From: an uncultured delta proteobacterium
Lineage (GTDB): Bacteria; Desulfobacterota; Syntrophorhabdia; Syntrophorhabdales; WCHB1-27
Direction of reading: 5' to 3'
NCBI GenBank assembly: GCA_963810935.1
Contig: CAWEPK010000009.1
Location: forward strand, 204,999-268,998
Length of the DNA stretch: 64,000 nt
Each line of letters begins with the position of its first letter. The first letter of the stretch is position 1. Below are positions 17,813 through 28,425 of the stretch, piece by piece. The notes under the pieces were generated by a model that made no database searches, had not been told where the DNA came from, and was given only the letters and a program-made list of their open reading frames with translations. The translations under genes and the position numbers were made by a program.

Positions 17813-19341
17813 TGGCCGCACACGTTGAGGCGCACATGGCGGCGGACGGGCCGGGATCGCACCGCAACCCGGCGGCGCCGTACCTCTGGACAGTCCTTCT
17901 CGTTGCGCTCATGACCGGCGTAGGCAAGCTGGTCGCCCCCTTTTTCGACATCGTCAACATCACGCTTCTGTACCTGCTGCCGGTGCTCTTCAGCGCAGTG
18001 CGCTGGGGGCGCGGCCCCTCCCTGTTCGCTTCTTTTTTAGGCGTGCTGACGTTCGATTTCTTTTTCGTGCCGCCTATCCACAGCTTTGCGGTGAGCGACA
18101 TCAAGTATATCTTTACCTTCGCAGTCTTTCTCCTTGTCGGGGTAGTTACGGGCACGCTCGCGACGAGGATCCGCAACGAGCTGGAAAAAACGAGGCAAAG
18201 GGAGAAGAGGACGCTTGCTCTCTATGCGCTGAGCGAGCAGATAGCGAGCAAGGCGGACCTGGATGCAATCCTTACAACGTTCCTCGTGACCGTCTCGGAA
18301 GCAACGGGCGGTCCCGTCTCCGTTATGATGGCAGAGGACGGAGGCGCCATCCGGGAAGTCGCCTCCTATCCTGCGTCGTCCAATGAGAAAGACGAGAAGG
18401 AAACGGCCGTAATCCATTGGGTGCTCGAACACGGCATGAGCGCGGGTAGGGACACGGAGACCCTGCGCGACGCAAGCCGGCTCATCTTTCCTGTAAAGGC
18501 GGACAATAAGACGCTCGCCGCCTTATGCATCACGCCTGGTGAAGAGGATAAGGCCATCTCGCCGGAGAAGCGGCAGCTCATCGAGGCGTTTGCCAACCTT
18601 GCCGCAGTCGCTATTATCCGCCTGCGGCTGGCGGAAGAAGCGGGACAGGTGCACCGGCTGGCCGAATCGGCGAAGCTCCACAAGGCCCTTCTCGACTCCA
18701 TCTCGCATGACATCCGGACACCTCTCGCCTCCATTACAGGTGCAGTCACGACGCTCATGGCCGAGGGCGGATCTTACGACACGGAATCCAAGGAGATACT
18801 CCTCGATACGATCAAGGCGGGCGCACTGCGCCTCAACAGGTTCGTTGCAAACCTGCTCGATACCGCGCGTCTTGAAAGCGGCACCCTCAAGCTGCGCTCC
18901 GATTGGTGCGACGTGCAGGACATCGTGGGTGCGGCCCTGAGGGAGGTAAGCGAGGGCCTGGCCGGACGGTCCGTCCCCCTCGATATCTCCTGCGACCTGC
19001 CCCCGGTAAAGGCCGATTTCGCGCTTATCGAGCACGTCCTTATAAACCTCCTGGAGAACGCGGCCAAGTACAGCCCGCCGGGCAGTGAGATCGCACTCTC
19101 CGCCCGCTCAGCGGAAAAGGCAGTGCTGGTAAGCGTCACGGACCACGGCCCGGCCATCCCGACCCGGGAGAGGGAGCGCATTTTCGATAAGTTCTACCGC
19201 CTGGAACGGTCGAAGGGCGCGGGTGGCTCCGGGCTGGGCTTGTCGACGTGCAGAGGCATAGTCGAGGCCCACGGCGGCATGATCTGGGTCGATTCCCCCG
19301 ACAGCGAAACGAACCGCTTCACCTTTTCCCTGCCCCTTTAG
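17812..19341 (+). CDS. kdpD: Sensor histidine kinase, KdpD C-terminal type (DUF4118 membrane domain, GAF, HisKA, HATPase); lacks the KdpD N-terminal/Usp sensor
   Basis: H-box SISHDIRTPLASITG, N-box LINLLENAAKY and G-box GGSGLGLSTCRGIV. Four TM helices at the N-terminus. 1-nt overlap with the kdpE stop. Confidence 0.85.
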   Translation: MAAHVEAHMAADGPGSHRNPAAPYLWTVLLVALMTGVGKLVAPFFDIVNITLLYLLPVLFSAVRWGRGPSLFASFLGVLTFDFFFVPPIHSFAVSDIKYIFTFAVFLLVGVVTGTLATRIRNELEKTRQREKRTLALYALSEQIASKADLDAILTTFLVTVSEATGGPVSVMMAEDGGAIREVASYPASSNEKDEKETAVIHWVLEHGMSAGRDTETLRDASRLIFPVKADNKTLAALCITPGEEDKAISPEKRQLIEAFANLAAVAIIRLRLAEEAGQVHRLAESAKLHKALLDSISHDIRTPLASITGAVTTLMAEGGSYDTESKEILLDTIKAGALRLNRFVANLLDTARLESGTLKLRSDWCDVQDIVGAALREVSEGLAGRSVPLDISCDLPPVKADFALIEHVLINLLENAAKYSPPGSEIALSARSAEKAVLVSVTDHGPAIPTRERERIFDKFYRLERSKGAGGSGLGLSTCRGIVEAHGGMIWVDSPDSETNRFTFSLPL

Positions 19342-19503
19342 CCGCCTTCCGGGCGGCCCGGCATCAGTACCCGTCTTTATATTTTATTTATGCGGCCGTA
19401 CGTTCTTTTTACAACCAATTAATGCGGAAAGCACTAAATTATACATAACAAAAACTGGCTGGTTGTCTGTCCCCAGGGTGGGGAACTCTACCGGAGGCCG
19501 AAA

Positions 19504-21201
19504 ATGGCGAAAGAGATATTCCTGATTGTTATATACCTAGCGGTCCTTGCACTGCTCGCCCCGCCCCTCGGCCGCTACATCGCGGCGGTGCTGAGCGGCA
19601 GGCGGAACGCCCTCTCGTGGCTAGTCCGCCCGGTCGAGGCGGCCGTTTACCGCGTCAGCGGCATAGACGAGAACAGGGAGATGTCCTGGAAGGCGTATTC
19701 CGTTGCCTTTCTTCTCTTCAGCGGCGTCAGCTTCGTTGCCCTCTTCCTTCTCCAGCTCCTCCAGGGGCACCTGCCGCTCAACCCCCGCAATTTCGGGGCC
19801 GTGCGCTGGGATACGGCCCTCAATACCGCCATTTCCTTTGTGACGAACACGAACTGGCAGGCCTACGGCGGCGAGAGCACGATGAGCTACCTGACCCAGA
19901 TGCTTGGCCTGACCGTCCAGAACTTCGTCTCGGCCGCCGCCGGGATCGCGGTCCTGCTGCCGCTCATCAGGTGCTTCACCGCAAAAATGAAAGATACGGT
20001 CGGGAATTTCTGGGTCGATATGACCCGCTCGGTGCTCTACATACTGCTTCCTTTAAGCATCATACTTTCCCTCGTCCTTGCCTCTCAGGGCGCGGTGCAG
20101 ACGCTCGGCGATTACGTCAATGCTGCAACCCTTGAAGGCGGCCGGCAGGTCATCGCGGTCGGTCCTGCGGCGTCTCAGGTGGCGGTCAAGCAGCTCGGCT
20201 CCAACGGGGGCGGCTTCTTCAACGCCAATTCCGCGCACCCCTTCGAGAACCCCAACGACCTGACTAACTTCCTTGAGCTGCTCTCGATACTGCTGATCCC
20301 TGCCGCGCTGCCGCTTGCTATGGGCAGGATGCTCGGCAACAGGCGACAGGGCTGGGCCATCTTCGCCGCTATGGCGGTCCTTTTCACGATCGGCCTGGCC
20401 CTTGCCTTCGCCGCCGAATGGCAGACGAGCCCATTCCTCGCAAAGCTGGGCATTACAGGCAATATGGAAGGGAAAGAGGTCCGCTTCGGCATAGGCCAGT
20501 CGGTGCTCTGGGGCCAGTCGACCACGGTCACTTCCAACGGCTCCTTAAACGCCATGCAGGACAGCATGATGCCGCTCACCGGGCTCGTCTACATGTTCAA
20601 CATGGCTGTCGGCGAGGTGATTTTCGGCGGCGTCGGCGTCGGGCTGATCGGCATGGTTATGTATGCGATCCTCGCCCTTTTCCTCGCGGGCCTGATGGTC
20701 GGCCGCACGCCGGAATTCCTGGGAAAGAAGCTCGAATCGAGGGAGATGATAATGGCCGTTGTCGTCGTCGTGGCCCCCGCCATTGCGAGCCTCGTATTCG
20801 CAGGCATCGCGGTCGTTGCGCGTGCGGGCCTTTCGGGCTTGAACAACGCGGGGCCGCACGGCCTGTCAGAGATACTCTATACGTTTTTCTCGTCCTGCGG
20901 CAACAACGGCTCGGCCTTCGCGGGGGTAAATGTGAACACGCCGTTCTATAACCTGACGACGGGCTTCTGCATGATCGTGGGGCGCTTCCTGACGATACTG
21001 CCCGCCCTCGCGGTCGCAGGCTCGCTCGCATCGAAGAAGATCATACCGCCGAGCTCGGCCACGTTCCCGACGGCCGGCCCGCTTTTCATATGCATGCTCG
21101 CGGCCGTAGTCGCCATTGTCGGCGCCCTTACGTTCTTTCCGGCCCTCGTGCTCGGGCCCATCCTCGACCACCTCCTGCTGATGTCGGGCAGGACCTTCTA
21201 A
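19504..21201 (+). CDS. kdpA: Potassium-transporting ATPase subunit A
   Basis: 565 aa polytopic protein. [10 protein letters not shown] and [19 protein letters not shown] selectivity-filter-like motifs. Confidence 0.97.
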   Translation: MAKEIFLIVIYLAVLALLAPPLGRYIAAVLSGRRNALSWLVRPVEAAVYRVSGIDENREMSWKAYSVAFLLFSGVSFVALFLLQLLQGHLPLNPRNFGAVRWDTALNTAISFVTNTNWQAYGGESTMSYLTQMLGLTVQNFVSAAAGIAVLLPLIRCFTAKMKDTVGNFWVDMTRSVLYILLPLSIILSLVLASQGAVQTLGDYVNAATLEGGRQVIAVGPAASQVAVKQLGSNGGGFFNANSAHPFENPNDLTNFLELLSILLIPAALPLAMGRMLGNRRQGWAIFAAMAVLFTIGLALAFAAEWQTSPFLAKLGITGNMEGKEVRFGIGQSVLWGQSTTVTSNGSLNAMQDSMMPLTGLVYMFNMAVGEVIFGGVGVGLIGMVMYAILALFLAGLMVGRTPEFLGKKLESREMIMAVVVVVAPAIASLVFAGIAVVARAGLSGLNNAGPHGLSEILYTFFSSCGNNGSAFAGVNVNTPFYNLTTGFCMIVGRFLTILPALAVAGSLASKKIIPPSSATFPTAGPLFICMLAAVVAIVGALTFFPALVLGPILDHLLLMSGRTF

Positions 21202-21212
21202 GGAGGCCGGAC

Positions 21213-23249
21213 ATGGAAGAAAAACCGATCAGCATCTGGCAGACGAAGTTAATCAAATCGGCTATAGCAGGCGCGTTCAGGCGGCTCGACCCCCTGCTCC
21301 TCTGGCGCAACCCGGTCATGCTCGTCGTAGAGATCGTCTCCGTTGTAACAACGGTCATAGCGATAGGCAACCTTTTTTACGGCGGCCCTTTCGGGCTCAA
21401 CCTGCAGATCAGCATCTGGCTCTGGTTCACCGTGCTTTTCGCCACCTTCGCGGAGGCCCTTGCGGAAGGCAGGGGCAAGGCGCAGGCGGAGACACTGCGT
21501 AAGGCGCAGACAGAGGCATACGCCTATAAACTGGTGGACGGGGACAGGACCGAGAAGGTGCCCGCCCTATCGCTGCGGAAGGACGACATAGTGGTCATGG
21601 AAGACGGCGACCCTGTCCCCGGCGACGGCGAGATCATCGAGGGGGTGGCCCTCGTCGATGAATCGGCCGTAACGGGGGAGTCGGCCCCGGTCATACGGGA
21701 GGCCAAAGGCGACCGCAGCGCGGTCACCGGGGGCACCCGCGTCCTTTCCGGCAAGGTCAAGGTAATGATCACGGCGAACCCCGGCGAGACCTTCCTCGAT
21801 CATATGATCTCGATGGTGGAGAGCGCGAAACGGCAGAAGACACCCAACGAAGTCGCGCTGGAGATCCTGCTCGTCGGGCTGACCGTCCTCTTCATCGTGG
21901 TCGTCGCCACGCTATCGCCTTTCGCAATGTACAGCGGCGTTGCCATCGCAGTGCCCGTGCTCGTTGCCCTGCTCGTCTGCCTCATACCGACGACCATCGG
22001 CGGCCTCCTGCCCGCCATAGGGATCGCAGGCATGGACCGGCTGATAAGGCACAACGTCATAGCCCTCTCCGGCCGCGCGGTCGAGGCGGCGGGCGACGTA
22101 GACGTCGTGCTCCTCGACAAGACGGGGACCATCACCCTGGGCAACCGCATGGCGACCGATTTCATACCTGCCGACGGGGTAGCCAGGGATGAGCTTGCGG
22201 AGGCAGCCCTCCTCTCGTCGCTGGCCGACGAGACGCCGGAAGGGCGCTCTATCGTGGCCCTCGCCAAGCACTTCCTCTCGATACGCGGCCGGGACATCAA
22301 GACGCCGGACGCCTCGTGCTTCATACCATTTACCGCGGAGCTGCGCATGAGCGGCGTCTCCCTCGAAGGGCGCGAGATACGAAAAGGGGCCACGGACGCA
22401 GTCGCCGCTTACGTGAAATCCAAGGGCGGCACGATCCCGGAGAGCATCGACCAGGCGGCCCAGGTCGTCGGAAGGGAAGGCGGGACGCCCCTCGTTGTGG
22501 CCGATTCGTCGCGCGCCCTAGGCGTCATCCAGTTGAAGGACGTGCTGAAGGAGGGCATCAAGGAGAGGCTGAACCAACTGCGCCTCATGGGCATCCGCTC
22601 GACGATGATAACGGGAGACAACCCGCTCACCGCAGCGGCCATCGCCGCTGAGGCAGGCATCGATGATTTCGTCGCCCAGGCGAAACCCGAAGAAAAGCTG
22701 CGGCTCATCCGCAAGTACCAGGCGGAAGGCCACCTGGTGGCGATGATCGGAGACGGGACAAACGACGCGCCCGCGCTGGCGCAGGCCGACGTTGCGGTCG
22801 CAATGAACGCGGGCACCCAGGCGTCGCGTGAGGCGGCCAATATGGTGGACCTCGATTCGAACCCGACCAAGCTCCTCGATATAGTCGAGATCGGCAAGCA
22901 GATACTCATGACAAGGGGGGCGCTGACTACTTTCAGCGTGTCGAACGACGTGGCCAAGTACTTTGCCATTATCCCGGCCATTTTCGTGCAGGTCTTTCCC
23001 GCTCTGGCTATCCTGAACGTGATGCGCCTCAGTACGCCGGAGAGCGCCATCCTTTCGGCGATCATATTCAACGCGATTATCATACCCCTTCTGATACCGC
23101 TGGCGCTGAAAGGGATCAAGTACCGGCCGATCACGGCAAAGGCGCTCCTCTGGCGGAACCTGTTTATTTACGGCCTCGGAGGCGTGGTCCTGCCTTTCAT
23201 CGGCATCAAACTGATCGACTTGGCCGTTGTTTTCCTGCATTCGGTATAA
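21213..23249 (+). CDS. kdpB: Potassium-transporting P-type ATPase subunit B
   Basis: DKTGTIT phosphorylation motif, TGDNPLTA and [16 protein letters not shown] at 21213 with AGGAGG upstream; the track ORF start at 21090 overlaps kdpA. Confidence 0.97.
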   Translation: MEEKPISIWQTKLIKSAIAGAFRRLDPLLLWRNPVMLVVEIVSVVTTVIAIGNLFYGGPFGLNLQISIWLWFTVLFATFAEALAEGRGKAQAETLRKAQTEAYAYKLVDGDRTEKVPALSLRKDDIVVMEDGDPVPGDGEIIEGVALVDESAVTGESAPVIREAKGDRSAVTGGTRVLSGKVKVMITANPGETFLDHMISMVESAKRQKTPNEVALEILLVGLTVLFIVVVATLSPFAMYSGVAIAVPVLVALLVCLIPTTIGGLLPAIGIAGMDRLIRHNVIALSGRAVEAAGDVDVVLLDKTGTITLGNRMATDFIPADGVARDELAEAALLSSLADETPEGRSIVALAKHFLSIRGRDIKTPDASCFIPFTAELRMSGVSLEGREIRKGATDAVAAYVKSKGGTIPESIDQAAQVVGREGGTPLVVADSSRALGVIQLKDVLKEGIKERLNQLRLMGIRSTMITGDNPLTAAAIAAEAGIDDFVAQAKPEEKLRLIRKYQAEGHLVAMIGDGTNDAPALAQADVAVAMNAGTQASREAANMVDLDSNPTKLLDIVEIGKQILMTRGALTTFSVSNDVAKYFAIIPAIFVQVFPALAILNVMRLSTPESAILSAIIFNAIIIPLLIPLALKGIKYRPITAKALLWRNLFIYGLGGVVLPFIGIKLIDLAVVFLHSV

Positions 23250-23259
23250 GGAGGGGCGC

Positions 23260-24261
23260 ATGAAGGAACTTATCCGGGCCATTCTCATCTTTGTCGTATT
23301 CTCGGTAATCACGGGCCTCGCCTACCCACTGGGCATCACGGGCGCGGCCAGGCTCTTTTTTGCAGACAAGGCCGCAGGCAGCCTGATTACGGACAAGGGG
23401 CGCGTAGTCGGGTCCGCGCTCATCGGGCAGAAATTCGCGAGCGCCCGTTATTTCAACAGCCGGCCTTCGGCAAACGATTATGACGCGACGAACTCAGGCG
23501 GCTCCAATTTCGGGCCTGCCAGCGCAAAACACTTAAAGGAAGTGGCTGCGAGGGTGAAAAAGGAGCGCGATGATAACGGCATTGCCCCCGGCGCAGCCGT
23601 ACCTGCCGACCTGGTGCTCGCCTCGGCAAGCGGGCTCGACCCGCACATCACGATTGAAGCGGCCCTTGTCCAGGTGTCGAGGGTCGCCGCCAGCCGGGGC
23701 CTTGTGCCGGAAGACCTGAAGGCGCTCGTAGAATCTGCGGCAGAGGGGACATATGTGGGCGGGCAGCGCAGGGTCAACGTAGTCCGGCTGAACATGGCGA
23801 CCGACAGGCTCCAGGAGGCAGCAAAAACGCTGATGCAGGACAAAGAGGCTATTTTCGACTACCTGGCTTCGAGGATCATCGGTACGGACGATTACAATTT
23901 CAGGCACTACCTCAAAGAGTGCGTTGGGCGCCTGCCTCTCGAAGACCTACGCGCCGTGGCCTACGAAAGGAACGTGCATATCCTTGTGACTGCGGGAAAC
24001 GCCGTCATCGGCCTCGACCGGGTCCTTTACGACCAGGGCAAGGGCGACATGGTGCTCGTCGTCTTCACGTCGAATTTCAGCAAGATGCCTGCCCACGAGA
24101 TAGTCTACATCATAGCCCACGAGTTGGCCCACGTATTCTTAGGGCATTACGACAGTAAGAAGTGGAGGGGCAAGCACGGCGAGGCGGAGGCGGACCGGCA
24201 GGTAATTAAATGGGGCCTGGAGAGGGAATTAAAGGAATCGGCCTCGGCTTATCTTCACTAG
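23260..24261 (+). CDS. kdpC: KdpC fused in frame to a C-terminal ~140-aa HExxH (ImmA/IrrE-like) domain
   Basis: The N-terminal ~190 aa are typical KdpC (single TM, SGGSNFGP, ASASGLDPHIT). The ORF then continues without a stop into ...VYIIAHELAHVFLGH...GEAEADRQV. AGGAGG precedes ATG 23260. Confidence 0.8.
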   Translation: MKELIRAILIFVVFSVITGLAYPLGITGAARLFFADKAAGSLITDKGRVVGSALIGQKFASARYFNSRPSANDYDATNSGGSNFGPASAKHLKEVAARVKKERDDNGIAPGAAVPADLVLASASGLDPHITIEAALVQVSRVAASRGLVPEDLKALVESAAEGTYVGGQRRVNVVRLNMATDRLQEAAKTLMQDKEAIFDYLASRIIGTDDYNFRHYLKECVGRLPLEDLRAVAYERNVHILVTAGNAVIGLDRVLYDQGKGDMVLVVFTSNFSKMPAHEIVYIIAHELAHVFLGHYDSKKWRGKHGEAEADRQVIKWGLERELKESASAYLH

Positions 24262-24278
24262 CACGCCAATTCATCACA

Positions 24279-26315
24279 TCACGCATTGACCCATCGAAAC
24301 GCTCCCAGCGCCGACAAGCTCGCGATCGCGCCGAGCATACGCCGCTGGTCGAGAAGCAGGTTCTTGTACTCGTAGCGCACCCCGATGAGGCCCACGACCG
24401 CGTCCTCGGACTTCATGGGCAGAAAGAACGCCTTCGCATTCGCCAGCGTCTCGGTGCCGGCGCCGGCCGCTTTCCCATTTATCATCGCCCACTGGGCCAC
24501 GGTCATCTCGTGCGGGTCGAGGTCCGGCCCGTCTCCGGTCCTGGCCCAAACGCGGAGCCTGCCGTCCGGTCCGGGGAAGAGAATAAACGCGGGGGCATCT
24601 ATCACCCTCGCGACGTATTTTATGATGATGTGGCTCACGTCGTCGAGCACGGTCGTCCGGAGCAGGGAAAGGACGTTCTTCCATTCCTCGCCGTACGGCG
24701 TAAGTCCGCCTATCAATTGCTCCACGGGCGGGAGCATCAGGAATTCCTTGCTCATCTGCTCTATCAGCCTGACGCGCTCCAGGCGGAGGTTGAGTGTGAA
24801 GGTCTGCCGTTTCGTAACCTTGACGAGCTGCCCGACGACCAGAGCCGTCAAGAGGAAGACAATTGCGCTGACTACGTCATGGGCGTGGTACATACTGAAA
24901 CTGTAGCGCGGCTCGGTAAACAGGAAATCGAAGGCGACGAGGCCCACGACGGAGGCGAAGATCGACGGGCCGGTGCCGAACCGGAGGGCCGCAAAAATAG
25001 TGGCGATGAGGTAGATAAATACCAGGGCGACCGGCTCGGTGATGCGCACCAGGCCGAAGTTTGCAAGCGTCAGGACGGCGACCATGCCTAAACTGCTAAC
25101 GTAGTCCATCGTCTTGACGGTCATCTTTCTCGGGCGTGCAGCGGCCGTCTCTTCCTTCTCCTTCACGGGGCTGACAAGGTGCAGCTCGAACTGCGCCGGC
25201 GCGTGGAGCAGCTTTTGCACGGGCGACCCCTTGAAAAATTCCCGAAGCGTGGAGCCGAGAGGCTTACCCACGACTACCCTCGTGATATTGTTCTCCCTTG
25301 CGAACTTCAATATCTCGGCTGCCACGTCGCTTCCGAGAAGGGTCATGACCTTCGCCCCCAACTCTTCCGCCACGTTAAGCGCTTCCGACAGGTAGAGCTT
25401 TTCCTTATCGGTAAGCTCCGTCAGCGAGTTGGAGGAGACGTAGACCGCGTACCATTCGGCGTTGGCGTCCTTTGCTATCGTATATGCCTTCCTGAGAAGC
25501 TGCACTGCGTAGGGGCTAGCGCCGATGCAGGCCATCACCCGCTCGCCCGCCGGCCACGGGCCGGCAATGGCCTTCGCCCTCATGTAGTTGAGGAGCTCCG
25601 TGCCCATCTTCCTGGCCACGAGGGTGAGCGTAAGCTCGCGCAACGCCACGAGGTTTCCGCGCTGGAAAAAATTATCCATGGCCCGCCGCGCCCGCTCGGG
25701 CACGTATACCTTGCCCTCCTTAAGGCGCTGGGTAAGCTCTTCGAGGGGTATATCGATCACCTGGACCTCATCGGCCCGGTCGAGTATCGTATCGGGCACG
25801 CTCTCCTGTACGCGGACGCCGGTGATCTGCGCCACCACGTCGACCTGGCTCTCGAAATGCTGGATGTTTACGGCAGTATAGACGTCCAGTCCGCTCTCTA
25901 ATAGCTCTTCCACGTCCTGGTATCGCTTCGGGTGCCTGCTTCCGGGGGCGTTCGTATGGGCCAGCTCGTCCACGAGCACCACCGCGGGCTTCCTGCGCAG
26001 CGTGGCGTCTGAGTTGAATTCTTTCAGCATTATCCCGCCGTACGGGACATCCCGCAGCGGGACCATTTCAAGCCCTGCGACGAGCGCGTCCGTCTCGGCC
26101 CTGCCGTGCGTCTCGACGATGCCGACCACGACGTCCTCCCCCCTGTTCCTGAGGACGTGCGCCTCCTGGAGCATCGTATATGTCTTGCCGACACCGGGCG
26201 CGTAGCCGAGAAATATCTTAAGCCTGCCCCTTTTGGCCTCCTCGCGGTTCACCTCCGCAAGCAAAGCATCAGGGTCCGGCCGCCCGTCCTTGCCTGTCTC
26301 CGTCCGCTCTTTCAT
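24279..26315 (-). CDS. KdpD-type sensor protein without kinase domains (KdpD-N P-loop domain, Usp, DUF4118 membrane domain, GAF)
   Basis: GRLKIFLGYAPGVGKTYTMLQEA (KdpD N-terminal domain), a Usp-like segment, TM block LRFGTGPSIFASVVGLVAFDFLFTEP, then a GAF-like end. No H-box or HATPase. Convergent with kdpC. Confidence 0.85.
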   Translation of the reverse strand: MKERTETGKDGRPDPDALLAEVNREEAKRGRLKIFLGYAPGVGKTYTMLQEAHVLRNRGEDVVVGIVETHGRAETDALVAGLEMVPLRDVPYGGIMLKEFNSDATLRRKPAVVLVDELAHTNAPGSRHPKRYQDVEELLESGLDVYTAVNIQHFESQVDVVAQITGVRVQESVPDTILDRADEVQVIDIPLEELTQRLKEGKVYVPERARRAMDNFFQRGNLVALRELTLTLVARKMGTELLNYMRAKAIAGPWPAGERVMACIGASPYAVQLLRKAYTIAKDANAEWYAVYVSSNSLTELTDKEKLYLSEALNVAEELGAKVMTLLGSDVAAEILKFARENNITRVVVGKPLGSTLREFFKGSPVQKLLHAPAQFELHLVSPVKEKEETAAARPRKMTVKTMDYVSSLGMVAVLTLANFGLVRITEPVALVFIYLIATIFAALRFGTGPSIFASVVGLVAFDFLFTEPRYSFSMYHAHDVVSAIVFLLTALVVGQLVKVTKRQTFTLNLRLERVRLIEQMSKEFLMLPPVEQLIGGLTPYGEEWKNVLSLLRTTVLDDVSHIIIKYVARVIDAPAFILFPGPDGRLRVWARTGDGPDLDPHEMTVAQWAMINGKAAGAGTETLANAKAFFLPMKSEDAVVGLIGVRYEYKNLLLDQRRMLGAIASLSALGAFRWVNA

Positions 26316-26543
26316 AGGTACATTGCCTCGTACGTATTATACGACATTTCTTTTTGCGACTAGCACAATAAAGAAGCTAAACCAGTGCCTTGGACGCGTC
26401 GGTGCATGACCTCGCTGCACCCCATCCGGCGGACCGACGTATTGTTCTTCAGGCGGTCGCCCGCCCTCACCCTGTATGGAAGTTGACGTTTAGGGGCTAT
26501 CAGGGTAATATTGTATGAGACAAATCTCACACTTGGAGTCATC

Positions 26544-27830
26544 ATGAGTAAGTTCGCAACATTTGGCCTCCTCGCAGCCCTGGCGGTAACCATTGCGCTT
26601 TTCGCGCCTCCGGCTGACGCGAAGGTCTATCTCGATGTATACGGCCAGTCGTACAAGAAGATTACGATAGCGGTGCCGCCTTTTGCGGCGGAGGGGCAGC
26701 CCAGGCCCGACGTGAGCGAGCTTCTGGCCCACGACCTCGACCTGTCCGGCTTCTTCGTCGTCGCGTCCCGCTCTCTTATCAGCGCCGATCTGGCCGCGGA
26801 AAGCGTTGACAAAAGGAGCATAAGGTTCGACCAGTGGCGGTCCCTGGGCGTGGAGCTTCTTTGCAAGGCCGTGATCCAGGAGAAAGATAACGGCTTCTCC
26901 GTCGAGGCGTACTTATACGACGCGAGCGACGGAACGCTCCTTTTCGCGAAAAAGTACCGGGCGGCGCCGCAAGAATGGAGGCGGATCGTCCACAGGCTCG
27001 CCGACGAGATAATACTGACAGTCACGGGCGAGAAAGGCATCATGGGCTCCAGGGTGCTTTTTGTCTCCGGGGACAGGCGCCACCGCGACGTCTGCGTGGC
27101 GGACCTCGACGGCTACGGGGTCAGGAAGTTGACCAACCAGAACCAGATCATCGTCTCCCCGTCCGTCTCGCCGGACGGAAGGTACCTGGCCTATACGTCG
27201 TACAGGGAAGGAAGGCCAAACCTTTACGTAGTCGATTACGCGACGGGCAGGGAAGTCTACACGGACAAGCAGGAGGGGACGAAGGTCGGGGCGACCTGGA
27301 TGAATGCAAAAACCCTGGCATACGCCCACATCATCGGAAAGGTATCGACCATCTACGCAGCCAACGTCGAGACGAAGGAGCGAAAGGTGCTCCTTAAGAA
27401 AGACGGCATCCTTACCTCACCCACCTTCAGCCCGGACGGGTCAAAGATGGCTTTCGTCTCCGATATGCACGGCGGCCCGAACATCTTTATCATGGACATT
27501 GCGACGGGCGATACGAAGCGCATCTCCTTTTTCGGCAACTATAACACCTCGCCGGCTTTTTCACCGAAAGGCGACCTGATCGCTTTCGTCTCGAAGACCG
27601 AGGGGGCCCTGGAGATATGCGTCATGAGGCCGGACGGGTCGAACGCGCGGGTGCTCAGCGACGGCGGCGTCAACGATTCGCCCCAGTTCTCGCCCTGCGG
27701 CAGGTATATCCTCTATTCTTCTCAGAAAGGTAAAAAGTATTCCATCGGCATGATGCTCCACAACGGCGAGAACAAGAGGGAGCTGAAATTCACGAACGCC
27801 GAAGATACACAGCCTAAATTCATGCCTTAA
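26544..27830 (+). CDS. tolB: Tol-Pal system beta-propeller protein TolB
   Basis: Signal peptide, then repeated SP(x)FSPDG propeller motifs. Followed by pal. ATG 26544 has GGAG upstream; the track start is 26511. Confidence 0.93.
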   Translation: MSKFATFGLLAALAVTIALFAPPADAKVYLDVYGQSYKKITIAVPPFAAEGQPRPDVSELLAHDLDLSGFFVVASRSLISADLAAESVDKRSIRFDQWRSLGVELLCKAVIQEKDNGFSVEAYLYDASDGTLLFAKKYRAAPQEWRRIVHRLADEIILTVTGEKGIMGSRVLFVSGDRRHRDVCVADLDGYGVRKLTNQNQIIVSPSVSPDGRYLAYTSYREGRPNLYVVDYATGREVYTDKQEGTKVGATWMNAKTLAYAHIIGKVSTIYAANVETKERKVLLKKDGILTSPTFSPDGSKMAFVSDMHGGPNIFIMDIATGDTKRISFFGNYNTSPAFSPKGDLIAFVSKTEGALEICVMRPDGSNARVLSDGGVNDSPQFSPCGRYILYSSQKGKKYSIGMMLHNGENKRELKFTNAEDTQPKFMP

Positions 27831-27843
27831 AAGGAGGGTCAGG

Positions 27844-28413
27844 ATGAAAAAGAGTCTGTTCCCACTAATGTTAGCAGCAACTATCCTGCTCTTTTATGGA
27901 TGCTCATCGAATAAGCCTTATACTCCCATCGCGGAGCGGGCGGGGGGCCAGCAGCAGGCAGTCGAGCAGCCGTCCGGCGCAACCGCGGGCGAAAATCAGG
28001 GCGGGATAAGCGAAGAAGAGCTTGCGCGCGCGGAAAGGGAAAGGCAGAGGCTGGCCTCGGAAAGGATGGCTGCCGCGGCCTCGCACCTTCCGGACATCTA
28101 TTTCGACTTCGACAGCTACATCATCCGCAACCAGGACATGCCTACGTTGAAGGAAATGGCCGATTGGCTGGCGAAGAACCAGGGAGTCAAGGTAGTGGTA
28201 GAGGGCTATTGCGATGAGAGGGGTACTACCGAGTACAACCTTGCCCTCGGGCAGAAGAGGGCCGAGGCCGCGAAAGATTACCTCGTCAGGTCGGGAGTCC
28301 CCGCGAACAGGGTAAGGGCCACCTCATACGGCAAGGAGGCCCCCGTAGATCAGGACCACACTGAAGAAGCCTGGGCAAAAAACAGGCGCGACCATTTCAC
28401 AACACAACAATAA
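27844..28413 (+). CDS. pal: Peptidoglycan-associated lipoprotein Pal (OmpA-like)
   Basis: Lipobox LFYGC. OmpA-like IYFDFDSYIIR...VVEGYCDERGTTEYNLALGQKRA. Confidence 0.93.
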   Translation: MKKSLFPLMLAATILLFYGCSSNKPYTPIAERAGGQQQAVEQPSGATAGENQGGISEEELARAERERQRLASERMAAAASHLPDIYFDFDSYIIRNQDMPTLKEMADWLAKNQGVKVVVEGYCDERGTTEYNLALGQKRAEAAKDYLVRSGVPANRVRATSYGKEAPVDQDHTEEAWAKNRRDHFTTQQ

Positions 28414-28425
28414 GGAGGGGTCCAG

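Noticed and set aside
16934-17821. 295-aa minus-strand ORF
   Set aside because: Antisense to kdpE, which has clear REC and winged-helix motifs.
19342-19503. Riboswitch (for example c-di-AMP type) or kdpF micro-ORF upstream of kdpA
   Set aside because: There is only a short hairpin after the kdpD stop (GCCGCC-TTCCG-GGCGGC) and an AT-rich stretch. I could not recognise the conserved riboswitch cores or a hydrophobic 25-30-aa ORF by eye. This needs a covariance-model scan to exclude.
24210-25091. 293-aa plus-strand ORF continuing past kdpC
   Set aside because: Antisense to the KdpD-N sensor gene; His/Arg/Gly-rich with no motif.
26316-27830. Absence of tolQ-tolR-tolA upstream of tolB as an anomaly
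   Set aside because: tolQRA can be encoded elsewhere. The upstream neighbour is simply the divergent kdp sensor gene, and nothing in the sequence suggests a deletion.
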